Positions 1 to 9,636 of a DNA stretch of 64,000 bases are shown piece by piece. Numbering within the stretch: the stretch's first letter is position 1; the number at the start of each line of letters is the position of its first letter. Origin of the DNA: Aulosira sp. ZfuVER01 (GTDB lineage: Bacteria > Cyanobacteriota > Cyanobacteriia > Cyanobacteriales > Nostocaceae); the NCBI GenBank assembly GCA_034530615.2, contig JAVRCV020000025.1:128001-192000 (forward strand). The letters are read 5' to 3'. Position numbers and translations under genes: made by a program. The notes beneath the pieces were generated by a model. It saw only the letters and a program-made list of their open reading frames with translations, did not search any database and was not told the origin of the DNA.

Positions 1-398
1 TGTTCTAGGCGATCACTCAGTTGCTTAAGTTGTAAATGCGATCGCACTCTCGCAATTACTTCTGCTTGTTCAAAAGGCTTGGGAATGTAATCAACAGCTC
101 CTAAAGAGAATCCTTTCACCTTGTTTTCCGCATCCGTCAGCGCTGTCATAAAAATTATCGGGATTGTTTGCGTTAAAGGATCGGCTTTGAGTTTCTGGCA
201 GGTTTCAAACCCATCAATTCCCGGCATTTGTACATCTAAAAGAATCAAAGCAGGTGGTTTATGCTGCACCAATTCGATTGCACTTTCGCCATCTTCAGCA
301 ACGCGAACCGCAAAACCTGCACCTTTTAAAGCTTGTGATAGCACTGCCAAATTAGTTGGATTGTCATCAACAATCAAAACAAAATCAGAGTCTTTCAT
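1..398 (-). CDS. Response regulator receiver-domain protein, probably a REC-histidine kinase hybrid; 3' part runs off the window
   Basis: Not in the ORF track. Manual translation from ATG at 398 gives MKDSDFVLIVDDNPTNLAVLSQAL...LILLDVQMPGIDGFETC...IPIIFMTAL...GAVDYIPKPF..., with the canonical REC motifs (DD, phospho-D, T, KP). The frame is open to the window edge. Confidence 0.9.
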   Translation of the reverse strand, partial: MKDSDFVLIVDDNPTNLAVLSQALKGAGFAVRVAEDGESAIELVQHKPPALILLDVQMPGIDGFETCQKLKADPLTQTIPIIFMTALTDAENKVKGFSLGAVDYIPKPFEQAEVIARVRSHLQLKQLSDRLE

Positions 399-445
399 CG
401 GTTTAAATTCTAAAGATTATTTTTTATCAAATAAATTCAAATGCT

Positions 446-2827
446 TCAGTTAGCTTGATTAATCCATTGATTTAATAGCTCACGCAGCTTTTTAAGTTGG
501 AAATTTTCGGCAAGCTGGATTACTTGTTGGGTAAAGTTAAAATAAGCCGGATCGCTTGCTTTCAAATTCTTCGCTTCATTCACCACACCATCGACATCGC
601 CCTGTTTTGCCAATTCTTGCAAATGAGTTAATACCTTAATAGGAGGTAAACAAATCTCATTTGTTTCTTGCTGATTGGCAGCAATTTGTGATTTTGTTGT
701 ATAAACCCATTCCAGATTTAGGTGAAGTTTGAGTAGTTCCAACAGAGTTTCCGTTGCCACAGGTTTGGGTAAGAAAGCATTCGCCCCAGCATCTAAACTC
801 TGATTTTGATCGCTTTCAAATACACTGGCGGAGGAAGCAATAATCGCCACATCTTTCAATTGAGCAGATTGTTTTACCTGTTGAATCAGCGCCAAACCAT
901 CCATAACAGGCATTATTAAATCAGTGATGATCAAGTCTGGGGGAGTAGCAACAGCTCGCTCAATTCCCTCTTGTCCATCATTAGCTTCCATCACTTCAAA
1001 TCCAATCGGTTCCAGCAAATTGACAATTACCGAACGGTTTTCCCACTTGTCATCTACAACCAAGATAGTGCGTTTTTTACCCTGATAACCTGCGATCGCT
1101 CCCTCCGGCATCTCCCTAGAAGCCGCTGCCCATCCTGTAGCTTCTGGCACATCCACCTCAAACCAGAAAACACTCCCCTTACCCAATTGACTTTGAACTT
1201 CCAAAGCACTACCCATGAGGCGGACGATTTGTTGACTAATGGCTAATCCTAATCCAGTTCCTTCCGCTTGTCGCTTGAAGTCTCCAACTTGTTCAAAGGG
1301 AAGAAAGATTTTCTGTAATTGCTCTGATGTCATGCCAACTCCCGTATCTTCCACTTGGAAACGAATCTTGCAATTTTGGATTTTTTCCTCATTTAGCACT
1401 TGGACTTTCAAAGTCACTCCCCCGTTATCTGTAAACTTGATTGCGTTTCCCAGGAGATTAATTAAAACTTGCCGCAGTCGTTTCTCATCTGCATGAATCC
1501 CAACAGGGAGTTGAACGTCAGGTTGATAGTTGAAGGCAATCACTTTTTGTTCAGCTTTGATGCGGCAGATTTCCACGACTCCTTGCAGAAATGAAGGGAA
1601 ATGGAAATCAACCGGACGCAGTTCCATTTTGCGGGCTTCAATTTTAGACAAATCGAGTACATCGTTAATTAAAGTCAACAAATGAGAGCCGCATTGATGG
1701 ATAATTTCAATACCTTTATGTCCTTTTTCTGTGAGGGGTTCAGTCCGTTGGAGGATTTGCGTATAGCCCAGGATACCGTTGAGAGGCGTGCGTAACTCGT
1801 GGCTCATGTTGGCAAGAAATTCACTCTTGGCTTGATTGGCAACTTCAGCAATATTCTTCGCCTGCTTGAGTTCAATCGTCCGTTCTTCAACTCGTTGTTC
1901 TAGTTCATCGTTAGCTTGTCGGAGTCTTGTTTCTGCCTTTTGGTTTTCACTCGTCATCGCCGACAGCACAAATGTAGTGATAGCGATCACACAGATAAAT
2001 GATTGCAGCAGAATCAGTGATTCATTGGGTGAGGCTTGTTTAGCAAAAGAACCAAAGCCGCGAACAGTGCCAAAAATTGCGATCGCCGACACAATCATCA
2101 CAAGCAAAGTCGATTCCCGTGGTTGAAACCGAATTGCCGACCAAATTAGTGGGGGAATAATCATGTATTCAATTGGATATCCTCCCGAAAAAGCTACATG
2201 ATCGATTACCATCACCCAGAGTAAAACAATGACAAACTCGGTAATTTGGCGCCGTTCAAAGCTTTTTTGCGAATTTTGACACCATACCAGCAATAAAGGT
2301 GTCACAACCAAAAGACCCGTAACGTCTGAAGCCAGCCAAGTGCGAAACACATCACCAAAAGCTACCCAAGGAGCAATGCCGCTGACACAAAGCGTTAATG
2401 CCGCCAGTACCGAACTGATCAAAGGGGTAGGTATAGTTAAGACAATAAACTTTAAGACATCTTGCGATCGCTCTAAAAAATTGCGGCGTTTGATCCAGCG
2501 ATGAATCAAAAAAGTGCCGATAAAAGGAGTGAAGAGATTAACAGCGGGAATAATGCTACTAATTAACAAATTATGTTTGAAAAACAGAAGATAGCTAACA
2601 ATAAAATCACTCACAAATAATATCGGCCAAACACGATACCCTACCAGCAACATTGCCGCCAAAAATACACCAAGTGAAGGCCAAAATACTGATGCCCCAT
2701 TGACAAATGTCATGGATAAACCTATATATCCAAGGCAGAAGTGGACAATAGGAATAATTAGCGCAGCTATCAAAAAGGGGCGATCGAATTTAATTAAAGA
2801 TTTCTGCTTGATCGTAGTCTGCTGCAT
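446..2827 (-). CDS. Membrane (MASE1-type) hybrid sensor histidine kinase with C-terminal receiver domain
   Basis: About 300 aa multi-TM N-terminus; H-box EFLANMSHELRTPLN; N-box NLLGNAIKFT; G1/G2 DTGVG and GTGLGL; REC domain VVDD...DLIMP...KP. Confidence 0.92.
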   Translation of the reverse strand: MQQTTIKQKSLIKFDRPFLIAALIIPIVHFCLGYIGLSMTFVNGASVFWPSLGVFLAAMLLVGYRVWPILFVSDFIVSYLLFFKHNLLISSIIPAVNLFTPFIGTFLIHRWIKRRNFLERSQDVLKFIVLTIPTPLISSVLAALTLCVSGIAPWVAFGDVFRTWLASDVTGLLVVTPLLLVWCQNSQKSFERRQITEFVIVLLWVMVIDHVAFSGGYPIEYMIIPPLIWSAIRFQPRESTLLVMIVSAIAIFGTVRGFGSFAKQASPNESLILLQSFICVIAITTFVLSAMTSENQKAETRLRQANDELEQRVEERTIELKQAKNIAEVANQAKSEFLANMSHELRTPLNGILGYTQILQRTEPLTEKGHKGIEIIHQCGSHLLTLINDVLDLSKIEARKMELRPVDFHFPSFLQGVVEICRIKAEQKVIAFNYQPDVQLPVGIHADEKRLRQVLINLLGNAIKFTDNGGVTLKVQVLNEEKIQNCKIRFQVEDTGVGMTSEQLQKIFLPFEQVGDFKRQAEGTGLGLAISQQIVRLMGSALEVQSQLGKGSVFWFEVDVPEATGWAAASREMPEGAIAGYQGKKRTILVVDDKWENRSVIVNLLEPIGFEVMEANDGQEGIERAVATPPDLIITDLIMPVMDGLALIQQVKQSAQLKDVAIIASSASVFESDQNQSLDAGANAFLPKPVATETLLELLKLHLNLEWVYTTKSQIAANQQETNEICLPPIKVLTHLQELAKQGDVDGVVNEAKNLKASDPAYFNFTQQVIQLAENFQLKKLRELLNQWINQAN

Positions 2828-2946
2828 TTCTTATCTCCATATAGATATTTGAAGGACAGTAACCCTCAAAAAGGCTATCAAGCTTATAGTTCCCAGCCGT
2901 GGATGAAAAAGCAGGGGCTAGGGAGCAGGCGGAGAAATAAATAACT

Positions 2947-2980
2947 AATGACCAATGCCCCATTCCCCATTCCCATTTCC
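2947..2980. repeat. Short tandem heptamer-like repeat (STRR type; AATGACC/AATGCCC/CATTCCC)
   Basis: Sequence aatgaccaatgccccattccccattcccatttcc in the intergenic region. Confidence 0.6.
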
Positions 2981-3312
2981 GTATATAGGTAAATCAAATA
3001 AAAATTCGGAATAAAATATATATTGCAAATAGAACAGAATAACTGAGGTAATTTAGGCAATGGGTAATTATTGCCAAAAAGCCTAAACACCACTCTTCGA
3101 GCCATCACAGTTGACCGACACCTTCAAGCCAAGAATGCTATACAGATAGATAGACAGGTTGACCGAAAAAGTCTACAATCTGAACTTATTGCAGTAAATT
3201 TACCTATTGTCCAATCAACCTAGGCATAGTAAAGATTTTCTAGCGTTTCCGGCGTGATGCCAAAGCGCCCTATTAATATGGTGAAAGTCTTTTAGTAAAG
3301 GGCAGCAAACCG

Positions 3313-3435
3313 ATGGATGTAAAGCTGATTTTAGCGGGATTAACAGTCGTATTTACGATTTCGTGCTTGTTTTTTGGCACGAAAAACGGATTTTATGACT
3401 CCGATAACTATCACGGCAATGGCTCTGCACATTGA
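3313..3435 (+). CDS. ndhP: NDH-1L complex small subunit NdhP
   Basis: Below the ORF-track cutoff. Translates to MDVKLILAGLTVVFTISCLFFGTKNGFYDSDNYHGNGSAH*: one TM helix plus the C-terminal GFYD.D.YHGNGSAH signature of NdhP. Confidence 0.9.
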   Translation: MDVKLILAGLTVVFTISCLFFGTKNGFYDSDNYHGNGSAH

Positions 3436-3693
3436 AAAAGGTCTGAAGGTCGGCTTGTGACCCTCAGAACTTCGGAAAGGAAAACTCCCTTAATCCCTAG
3501 TTTGAGGGCTTGTCGTTACTCAACTTTTCCGAACCTGGGCGGGTTCGGCGGAGGTGTCCTCCCCCATTAAAAATCCGCATTTTCAAGGTGAAGGGGCGCA
3601 AAATGAAACTTACCCCTAGGTCACAAAACCAAAACACCCACAGTTTTTGGCTTTTGGGATATTTCCATGACTATGAGGTTTGAGGGGGAGAAC

Positions 3694-5361
3694 ATGAGAG
3701 ATAATCTTTCATCGTCCTCTCGTATTGATGCTGATGAGGCAGCTAGCCAATTAGAATGTTTGCCTTATGGTGTCCAGCATAATGATGAGGGCGTATGTTT
3801 ATTAGTACGGATGGGCCCGTACCGAGTTTTGCTGGATTGTGGTTTGGGAGATATTTCATCGTTGGTGAAGGGGCTAAAACAGTCGGCACACCGACGAAAT
3901 TCTCCCTTACCAGCAGATTTAGTGTTAATCAGTCACGCTCACCCCGATCACGCTAGGGGATTGCTGGCACTGCATAAAGCTTTCCCACATTTACCCATAT
4001 ATGCCAGCGAAGTAACCAGTAAGTTATTGTCATTAAACTGGTTAGACCAAGACCTAAAAGAAATTCCCCAATTTTGTCAAGCCTTACCACTGCGATCGCC
4101 TGTAGAATTTCAAGAGGGTTTAGTAGCGGAGTTGTTTCCCGCTGGGCATCTACCAGGGGCTGTGGCGATTCTACTTACCTACACAACTCCCCAACGTTCT
4201 TACAAGCTACTGTATACAGGAGACTTTTTCTTATCTAACTCGCGGCTAGTAGAAGGCTTGCGTTTAGAAGAATTACGGGGTTTAGAGCTAGATGCTCTAG
4301 TTATTGAAGGCACTTATGGGACATCGCGGCATACCCACCGCCGCAACCAAGAAAATCAACTAGCAGAAAGAATTCATCGCGCGATCGCAGATCGTTGCTC
4401 GGTGCTACTCCCCACACCCGCTTTAGGGTTGGGGCAAGAACTGCTGATGCTTTTACGCAGCCACCACCACTTCACAGGTAGAGATTTAGATATTTGGGTG
4501 GATGGTGCTGTCGCCAAGGGCTGCGATGCCTATCTGGAACTACTGCCCCACCTCCCGGCATCAGTACAAAACTTCGCCCGTCATCAACCCTTATTTTGGG
4601 ATGAGAGAGTACGTCCTCGCGTGCGCCGTTTGCAAGCAGAACATCGTGCCAATATCGGCAAATCCCCCTGTATTGTCCTCACTGACTCAACAGCGGATTT
4701 TAGCCAATACTGCCAAAGCGAAACCGGTCCCTGGCTCATTCTTCTGCCAGAAAAAATAGATATAAAAGTTAACAAACAATATCCAGCACCCACGACCATT
4801 GAAGGGTATCTTCTCGCCCAACACAGTGATGGCCCCGGTACTACCCAACTAATTCATAACTTGCGACCCCAGCACGTAATTTTTATTCACGGTTCCCCTA
4901 CGTACTTAGCAGACCTGACCGCCTTAGAAGAGTTACAAAACCGCTACCACCTGCATTCACCATCTGCTGGGATGTTAGTAGAACTGCCCATTGGGGATAC
5001 ATTTATACAGCCTGCTGCACCAGAAACTAATTATGAAGGCGAACTCACAGAAGTGGGAACCGTCATCACAATTACCCTCCCAGAGTCCATTACAGCCGAT
5101 CCCCGCTGGCGATCTTTTGCTGATACAGGTTTAATCGAAGCCCGTTGGCAAGGTGAGGAACTAGTATTACGGGGCTTATCGCAACGAGAACTACTCAGCC
5201 AAAATAGCGATCGCTATACCTGGACTGACATAGAATGTTGTGGAACCTGCCGACATCAACGAGGTCAGCGCTGTTGGAACCCCAATTCTCCCCTGTATAA
5301 TTTCAAAGTAACCCTTGAAGGCTATTGTCCCGCATACGAACGTTTAATTGAGAACGAATAG
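3694..5361 (+). CDS. Metallo-beta-lactamase/beta-CASP family hydrolase (putative ribonuclease) with C-terminal Cys cluster
   Basis: LLDCG, SHAHPDH, AGHLPGA, YTGDF, IEGTYG and late H motifs (QHSD, IHGS); C-terminal CCGTC...C...C. Start placed at ATG 3694 after GGGGGAG; the ORF track starts at 3667. Confidence 0.85.
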   Translation: MRDNLSSSSRIDADEAASQLECLPYGVQHNDEGVCLLVRMGPYRVLLDCGLGDISSLVKGLKQSAHRRNSPLPADLVLISHAHPDHARGLLALHKAFPHLPIYASEVTSKLLSLNWLDQDLKEIPQFCQALPLRSPVEFQEGLVAELFPAGHLPGAVAILLTYTTPQRSYKLLYTGDFFLSNSRLVEGLRLEELRGLELDALVIEGTYGTSRHTHRRNQENQLAERIHRAIADRCSVLLPTPALGLGQELLMLLRSHHHFTGRDLDIWVDGAVAKGCDAYLELLPHLPASVQNFARHQPLFWDERVRPRVRRLQAEHRANIGKSPCIVLTDSTADFSQYCQSETGPWLILLPEKIDIKVNKQYPAPTTIEGYLLAQHSDGPGTTQLIHNLRPQHVIFIHGSPTYLADLTALEELQNRYHLHSPSAGMLVELPIGDTFIQPAAPETNYEGELTEVGTVITITLPESITADPRWRSFADTGLIEARWQGEELVLRGLSQRELLSQNSDRYTWTDIECCGTCRHQRGQRCWNPNSPLYNFKVTLEGYCPAYERLIENE

Positions 5362-5381
5362 GGGATGAGGGGGACAAGGAA

Positions 5382-5475
5382 GAAATGTCCAATGCCCAAT
5401 GCCCTATGCCCTATGCCCAAAAAGTTAAGAGTCCAGAGTGGAAACATTGACCCTGGACTCTTGACTCTCGACTAT
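5382..5475. repeat. STRR-type heptamer repeats (ATGCCC[A/T]) plus GAGTCCAG/CTGGACTC hairpin between convergent genes
   Basis: aatgcccaatgccctatgccctatgccc followed by gagtccag...ctggactc; a likely bidirectional terminator region. Confidence 0.65.
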
Positions 5476-5481
5476 TTTGAT

Positions 5482-5793
5482 TTATTCAGGATTCGAGTCT
5501 GTGTAACGGTTGCGGATACGTTCAGCTTCCGGACAGTCTTCGGTCATGAGAGGTTCTACATTACCGCGTGGTACTGAGGCTAGCTTTTGCGTTACAGCAC
5601 CAATGCTTTCCAGCCGAACCATCTCTTCCCAAGAACAGACTTCATCCTCTTCTTCTGTTTCATAGCGTAGGGTCACTAAATCTCCCTCGATATCAATGAT
5701 GCGGGCGCGTTCTATCCAGCGTTGCTGGTCCCGCAAGAATACACATACCTCCCGCCCATCGCAACACAATTGATAAATCTTGCGGTGTAGCAT
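5482..5793 (-). CDS. Conserved cyanobacterial hypothetical protein (possibly DUF6679 family)
   Basis: 103 aa ORF MLHRKIYQLCCDGREVCVFLRDQQRWIE..., recalled as a conserved cyanobacterial family; the DUF label is tentative. Confidence 0.75.
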   Translation of the reverse strand: MLHRKIYQLCCDGREVCVFLRDQQRWIERARIIDIEGDLVTLRYETEEEDEVCSWEEMVRLESIGAVTQKLASVPRGNVEPLMTEDCPEAERIRNRYTDSNPE

Positions 5794-6360
5794 GTACTGC
5801 TTCTGCCTTTTTAAACAACGTAGTTAAACCTTTCAAAATCTGGGCTTTACCCCAGTTGCATAATACCCTTAAGAAGCCAGTTTTACAGTTACGAGTAACT
5901 ACGTATTTTGACCCAAACCAAAGACTTGCGTGTAGTTGTCAGAATCTCAGGAAATTTTGGGTCATCACCTCATAGTCGCTACGTTGGTGAAACTAAAACT
6001 CCTTCAGGTTCCTTCAGTGAATGTATTCTTCATAGAAGTCATACAATTCGGGATTTATCCTAACTAGGTTAATCCTTGCTGATGAGTTCTTCCTACCATT
6101 ATGTAATAATAGATACTCCGAAACAAGCGTTGATTGCGGTTGTTTGAGTTGCCTACTTGTAATCATTGGCATTGCTGGGAAGTCCGGGAACTCGGCTGTA
6201 CTTTTACCCCTATGTATTTGATCTTAACTCATTCTCTGGCTGTCCTGAATGGTTTTAGACAATAACACCAGAAGAGTTTTGAGTTTAGGGTTTTTGACTG
6301 ATGTGACACGTCCCGTTTACGAGCAACTATGCAACGCCAAAGTCAATTGTTGTAGGGGTA

Positions 6361-6576
6361 TTAGCAAGATTTATTCCCTAAGGGAAAATCCATGAGTAGT
6401 TTCGAGGATGCTTCTCGTTTAATTTGACCTGCACGAACTGCATCATAAAGCGCGCCAAGAGCTAGCAAATCATCTGACTGATAACACTTCGTCGCTAAAA
6501 CTTGATGGAGTAGACCCTCAGATTCAACACTAAGACATCCAGTTTGGAAAGCAGATTCAACAATTGTGCGAATCAT
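6361..6576 (-). CDS. Small conserved cyanobacterial hypothetical protein
   Basis: 71 aa helical ORF MIRTIVESAFQTGCLSVESEGLLHQVL...AVRAGQIKRE; the pattern resembles a common small cyanobacterial family. Confidence 0.7.
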   Translation of the reverse strand: MIRTIVESAFQTGCLSVESEGLLHQVLATKCYQSDDLLALGALYDAVRAGQIKREASSKLLMDFPLGNKSC

Positions 6577-6661
6577 GTTGATTAGGGCTTAGTAAGCAAT
6601 TTGTTACCTCCAGTATGAAATAATTTTTAATTTTACCAACTGATATGAGACGGTGAGAGCT

Positions 6662-6699
6662 AGTGATTATAATTACATTAATTTGTGATCTCCATCATA
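6662..6699. promoter_or_regulatory. Two adjacent CRP-like boxes (TGTGA-N6-TCACA consensus)
   Basis: AGTGA-TTATAA-TTACA (6662-6677) and TGTGA-TCTCCA-TCATA (6684-6699), upstream of the 6576 start. Confidence 0.45.
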
Positions 6700-6894
6700 G
6701 GGAACGTTTATACTGTCTGACTCTTGAATTGCCGATATATTAAGATATTTAGGAAATCAATTATCTACAATTCTCAAGTGCAAAGTAGAAACTAGACATA
6801 CAGATTTGATAGTTAAATATACACCAATTTTAAGTAAATGCCGCAGAATCTTTAGAAGTTTCAATTCTCCAAAGGAATAATAATATACACATAA

Positions 6895-7683
6895 TTAAGG
6901 CAAAACCTGGCGGAAATCCTCATCTCGATCGCTCAATTGCACCCAATCCAGATTTAAAGACCGTAATTTTTGCACCAAGCGATCGCAAGCGGGGCGTTCG
7001 GTAGCATAGTGTCCCGCATCAATCAAAACCAAACCGCGATCGCGGCTTTCTTGGAACTGATGAAACTTACAATCAGAAGTTAGATAAGCAGCAGCACCAG
7101 TTTTCACTACCGCCGAAATATAACTAGCACCAGAACCGCCTAAAACTGCCACTTTAGAAATTTCTTGGTGTAAATCGGCAGTTGGTGACACAATCAAATT
7201 TGGAGGAGCAAGGCAGGTGTGGATTACCGCCAATAATTCCTTTAATGTCATCAAAGGCTGTAATATGCCAACCCGACCATATCCTAATCCATTTTGTGTA
7301 GGAACGATGGGAGTAACGTCCTTCAGTTCTAAAAGTTGAGCCAAAACATCAGCAGTTCCATCTTGCACTTGGTCGAAATTGGTATGGGCGCTGTATATGC
7401 CGATTTTTTTGGTAAAAGCTAACCGCACCATTTCTGCGATCGCTTCACCACTACGTAGAGATTTGGGAGGGTTAAATATTAAAGGATGATGAGCAAAAAT
7501 TAGATTAGCGTTGCAGGCGATCGCTTCTTGCATCACCGCCAAAGTAGGCGTTAAACACACCAAAACCCTAGCAGATTCTTGTAAAATTCCCGGCTCTACC
7601 TGCCAACCACAATTATCCCAACTTTCACTCCAAGCAGGATTTGCCCATTCTTCAAACCATGTAATTAAGTCAGCAATTTTCAT
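6895..7683 (-). CDS. Nif3-like dinuclear metal centre protein (YbgI/GTP cyclohydrolase I type 2 homolog)
   Basis: WDNCG, AHHPLIF, HTNFD, GGSG and DAGHYATE motifs. Confidence 0.93.
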   Translation of the reverse strand: MKIADLITWFEEWANPAWSESWDNCGWQVEPGILQESARVLVCLTPTLAVMQEAIACNANLIFAHHPLIFNPPKSLRSGEAIAEMVRLAFTKKIGIYSAHTNFDQVQDGTADVLAQLLELKDVTPIVPTQNGLGYGRVGILQPLMTLKELLAVIHTCLAPPNLIVSPTADLHQEISKVAVLGGSGASYISAVVKTGAAAYLTSDCKFHQFQESRDRGLVLIDAGHYATERPACDRLVQKLRSLNLDWVQLSDRDEDFRQVLP

Positions 7684-7789
7684 TAAATTTCAGCAGCTAC
7701 CAAGCGAGCTAATTATTTTATGCCCAATTAAGCCTACAGAAAACTGTGGCTTAAGTAATATTTAATGATTAGGCAACTTTTGAGAAATT

Positions 7790-8203
7790 CTATCCAGAGA
7801 TATGGACAACTAACTCTCTAACATGACTGCGCTGACGATGTTCCCAAACATAAATTCCTTGCCAAGTACCCAAAACCAAATGACCTCGATTAATGGGGAT
7901 ATGTTCGGACGTGTGGGTAAGGGCTGTACGGATATGTGCGGGCATATCATCAGGGCCTTCCGCATCATGAATGTACTTGCCTGATTCTGGTACAAGTTTC
8001 GCCATAAAATTAGCCAGATCCACCAGCACATCGGGGTCGGCATTTTCTTGAATCACCAAGCTAGCTGAAGTGTGGCGCAAAAATAGAGTACACAGTCCAA
8101 TTTCCACCCCCGACTCGGCAACGATCGCTTCAATTTTTGAGGTGATATTTTGAAAAGATTTGCCAGTAGTGGAAACTCTGAGTAGCTTTTGGTAATGAGT
8201 CAC
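7790..8203 (-). CDS. yjbQ: YjbQ (UPF0047) family protein
   Basis: HTSASL..QENADPDV..DL, HDAEGPDDMPAHI and LGTWQGI motifs; GTG start at 8203. Confidence 0.9.
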   Translation of the reverse strand: MTHYQKLLRVSTTGKSFQNITSKIEAIVAESGVEIGLCTLFLRHTSASLVIQENADPDVLVDLANFMAKLVPESGKYIHDAEGPDDMPAHIRTALTHTSEHIPINRGHLVLGTWQGIYVWEHRQRSHVRELVVHISG

Positions 8204-8216
8204 GTCGCTTTGCTCC

Positions 8217-8244
8217 AAATTCAAAATCAAAATTCAAAATTCAA
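8217..8244. repeat. TCAAAAT heptamer tandem repeat
   Basis: caaattcaaaatcaaaattcaaaattcaa; similar tracts occur at about 27182 and 41300-41374. Confidence 0.6.
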
Positions 8245-8419
8245 GACACCCATAAATAAATTGTGTAGCGCCGCGAGTGAAGCTTGGCGGTTTGGGGCTG
8301 GAATTCTTTTCGTTTTCAGTCATCTGGAATCAGTTAAAAGTCCACTGAGCATTAGAATTCGCTTGCTGATTGAGAATATATCACACAACATATAGGTTAA
8401 TTGATGTAGGAATTGAACT

Positions 8420-8529
8420 ATGGATAAAAAAGAGCTTCTCAAGCGTTATGCAGCCGGACAACGGAACTTCTGTGGTATTGAAATCAGAACACCATTATGC
8501 CCGATGGTAGTATTCAAACTAATTCCTAG
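8420..8529 (+). pseudogene. Internally deleted pentapeptide-repeat protein gene remnant
   Basis: N-cap MDKKELLKRYAAGQRNFCGIEI is joined out of frame to C-cap NTIMPDGSIQTNS*; the repeat core is absent. Confidence 0.75.
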
Positions 8530-8538
8530 TGCGATCGC

Positions 8539-9636
8539 TCATCGCTCGGAACTTGAGTTAACTTGAAAATATTTGAGAACATCATCTGCGATCGCTTCAT
8601 TGCCATCTTTAGCAATTGGTTGGGATAGCTTTGGTTGCAGGAGAGATTGATGCAGAAAATCCCAATCACCTGCAAAAAACTCAGATGGGCTAAGGATTTG
8701 ATGCTGATTATAATTAGTCAACCCTTCTATCAAAAAAGCTGCTTCTGCAAAGCCTTCACGAGTAACGGTAACAATAGGTACTTGCAAACGGGTAGCTTCC
8801 GCAAAAGTACCATAACCAGGTTTAGACACAACTCGCCCACAAATCGGCATAAAGTCTACAGGACGGTGTTGTCGGTCAGTAATTTTCACTAAATTAGGTA
8901 AATCTGGCGCAGATGGATCGAAAACGATGAATTGCCAATCGGGGAAAAGGCGCAGGTTATCATAGGGAAGCTGCTGTAAACCCAAGCCGCCGAAAGTCAG
9001 CAGAATTGTTTTTTCTAGGGGTGCGGTAATCCCCCAACGCGATCGCAAATCATCAGCAGCGTAGCGGGGCGAACCACCTGTTAAGCCTACATCTATAATA
9101 TTGGTAAAAGCTGACATCGGTTCATGAAAAGGGAGACGATAGAGGCGATCGCATTTGGAATAACAATCACTAATCCAGTCAGCAACTTCCAAAAATTCCC
9201 CACTCCAATCTCGATAGATAAAATCCCAGCCGAAGTTACTACTCATCCAGCAGGGAATATTCGCGGCTTTGGCAATTAGGGAAGCGAGAAAGGGAATATC
9301 TGCCAAAATCAAATGGACACGGTTTTGACGGATAAAATTGACTTCTGAAGCAATCAAAGAATGCTGATTTTTCTTAATTTCTAATAACTTTGCTAAAGTG
9401 GCTTCTCGATCCATTGTCAAGCTATCTGCTTGCACCACACCCAAATCATAAGCCCTAGGGCGATGGATAAAATCGCCTTCGATATAGCACTCTAGTAACC
9501 AGCGTGGTGCAGTAGTCACCATAATTAACAGCACTTCGGGACACAACTTTTGAATAGTTGCGGCGACTGATGCCATGCGAGTAGCATGACCAAAACCGTG
9601 GTTAGTAATGGCTATGTATAAAATAGGGCGTTCCAT
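8539..9636 (-). CDS. Glycosyltransferase (GT-B fold; resembles the GT domain of L-arabinokinase-type proteins)
   Basis: ITNHGFGHATR N-terminal motif, TFGGLG, SKPGYGTFAEA. Confidence 0.85.
   Translation of the reverse strand: MERPILYIAITNHGFGHATRMASVAATIQKLCPEVLLIMVTTAPRWLLECYIEGDFIHRPRAYDLGVVQADSLTMDREATLAKLLEIKKNQHSLIASEVNFIRQNRVHLILADIPFLASLIAKAANIPCWMSSNFGWDFIYRDWSGEFLEVADWISDCYSKCDRLYRLPFHEPMSAFTNIIDVGLTGGSPRYAADDLRSRWGITAPLEKTILLTFGGLGLQQLPYDNLRLFPDWQFIVFDPSAPDLPNLVKITDRQHRPVDFMPICGRVVSKPGYGTFAEATRLQVPIVTVTREGFAEAAFLIEGLTNYNQHQILSPSEFFAGDWDFLHQSLLQPKLSQPIAKDGNEAIADDVLKYFQVNSSSER

Noticed and set aside
121..453. 110 aa plus-strand ORF and other short ORFs overlapping long genes
   Set aside because: They are antisense or off-frame shadows of well-supported genes; here the real gene is the minus-strand REC protein.
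2884..3108. 74 aa minus-strand ORF
   Set aside because: It runs through STRR repeats and AT-rich promoter DNA and is likely spurious.
6103..6116. GTA-N8-TAC NtcA-like site
   Set aside because: No TAN3T -10 element at the expected spacing on either strand, and the short motif arises readily by chance.
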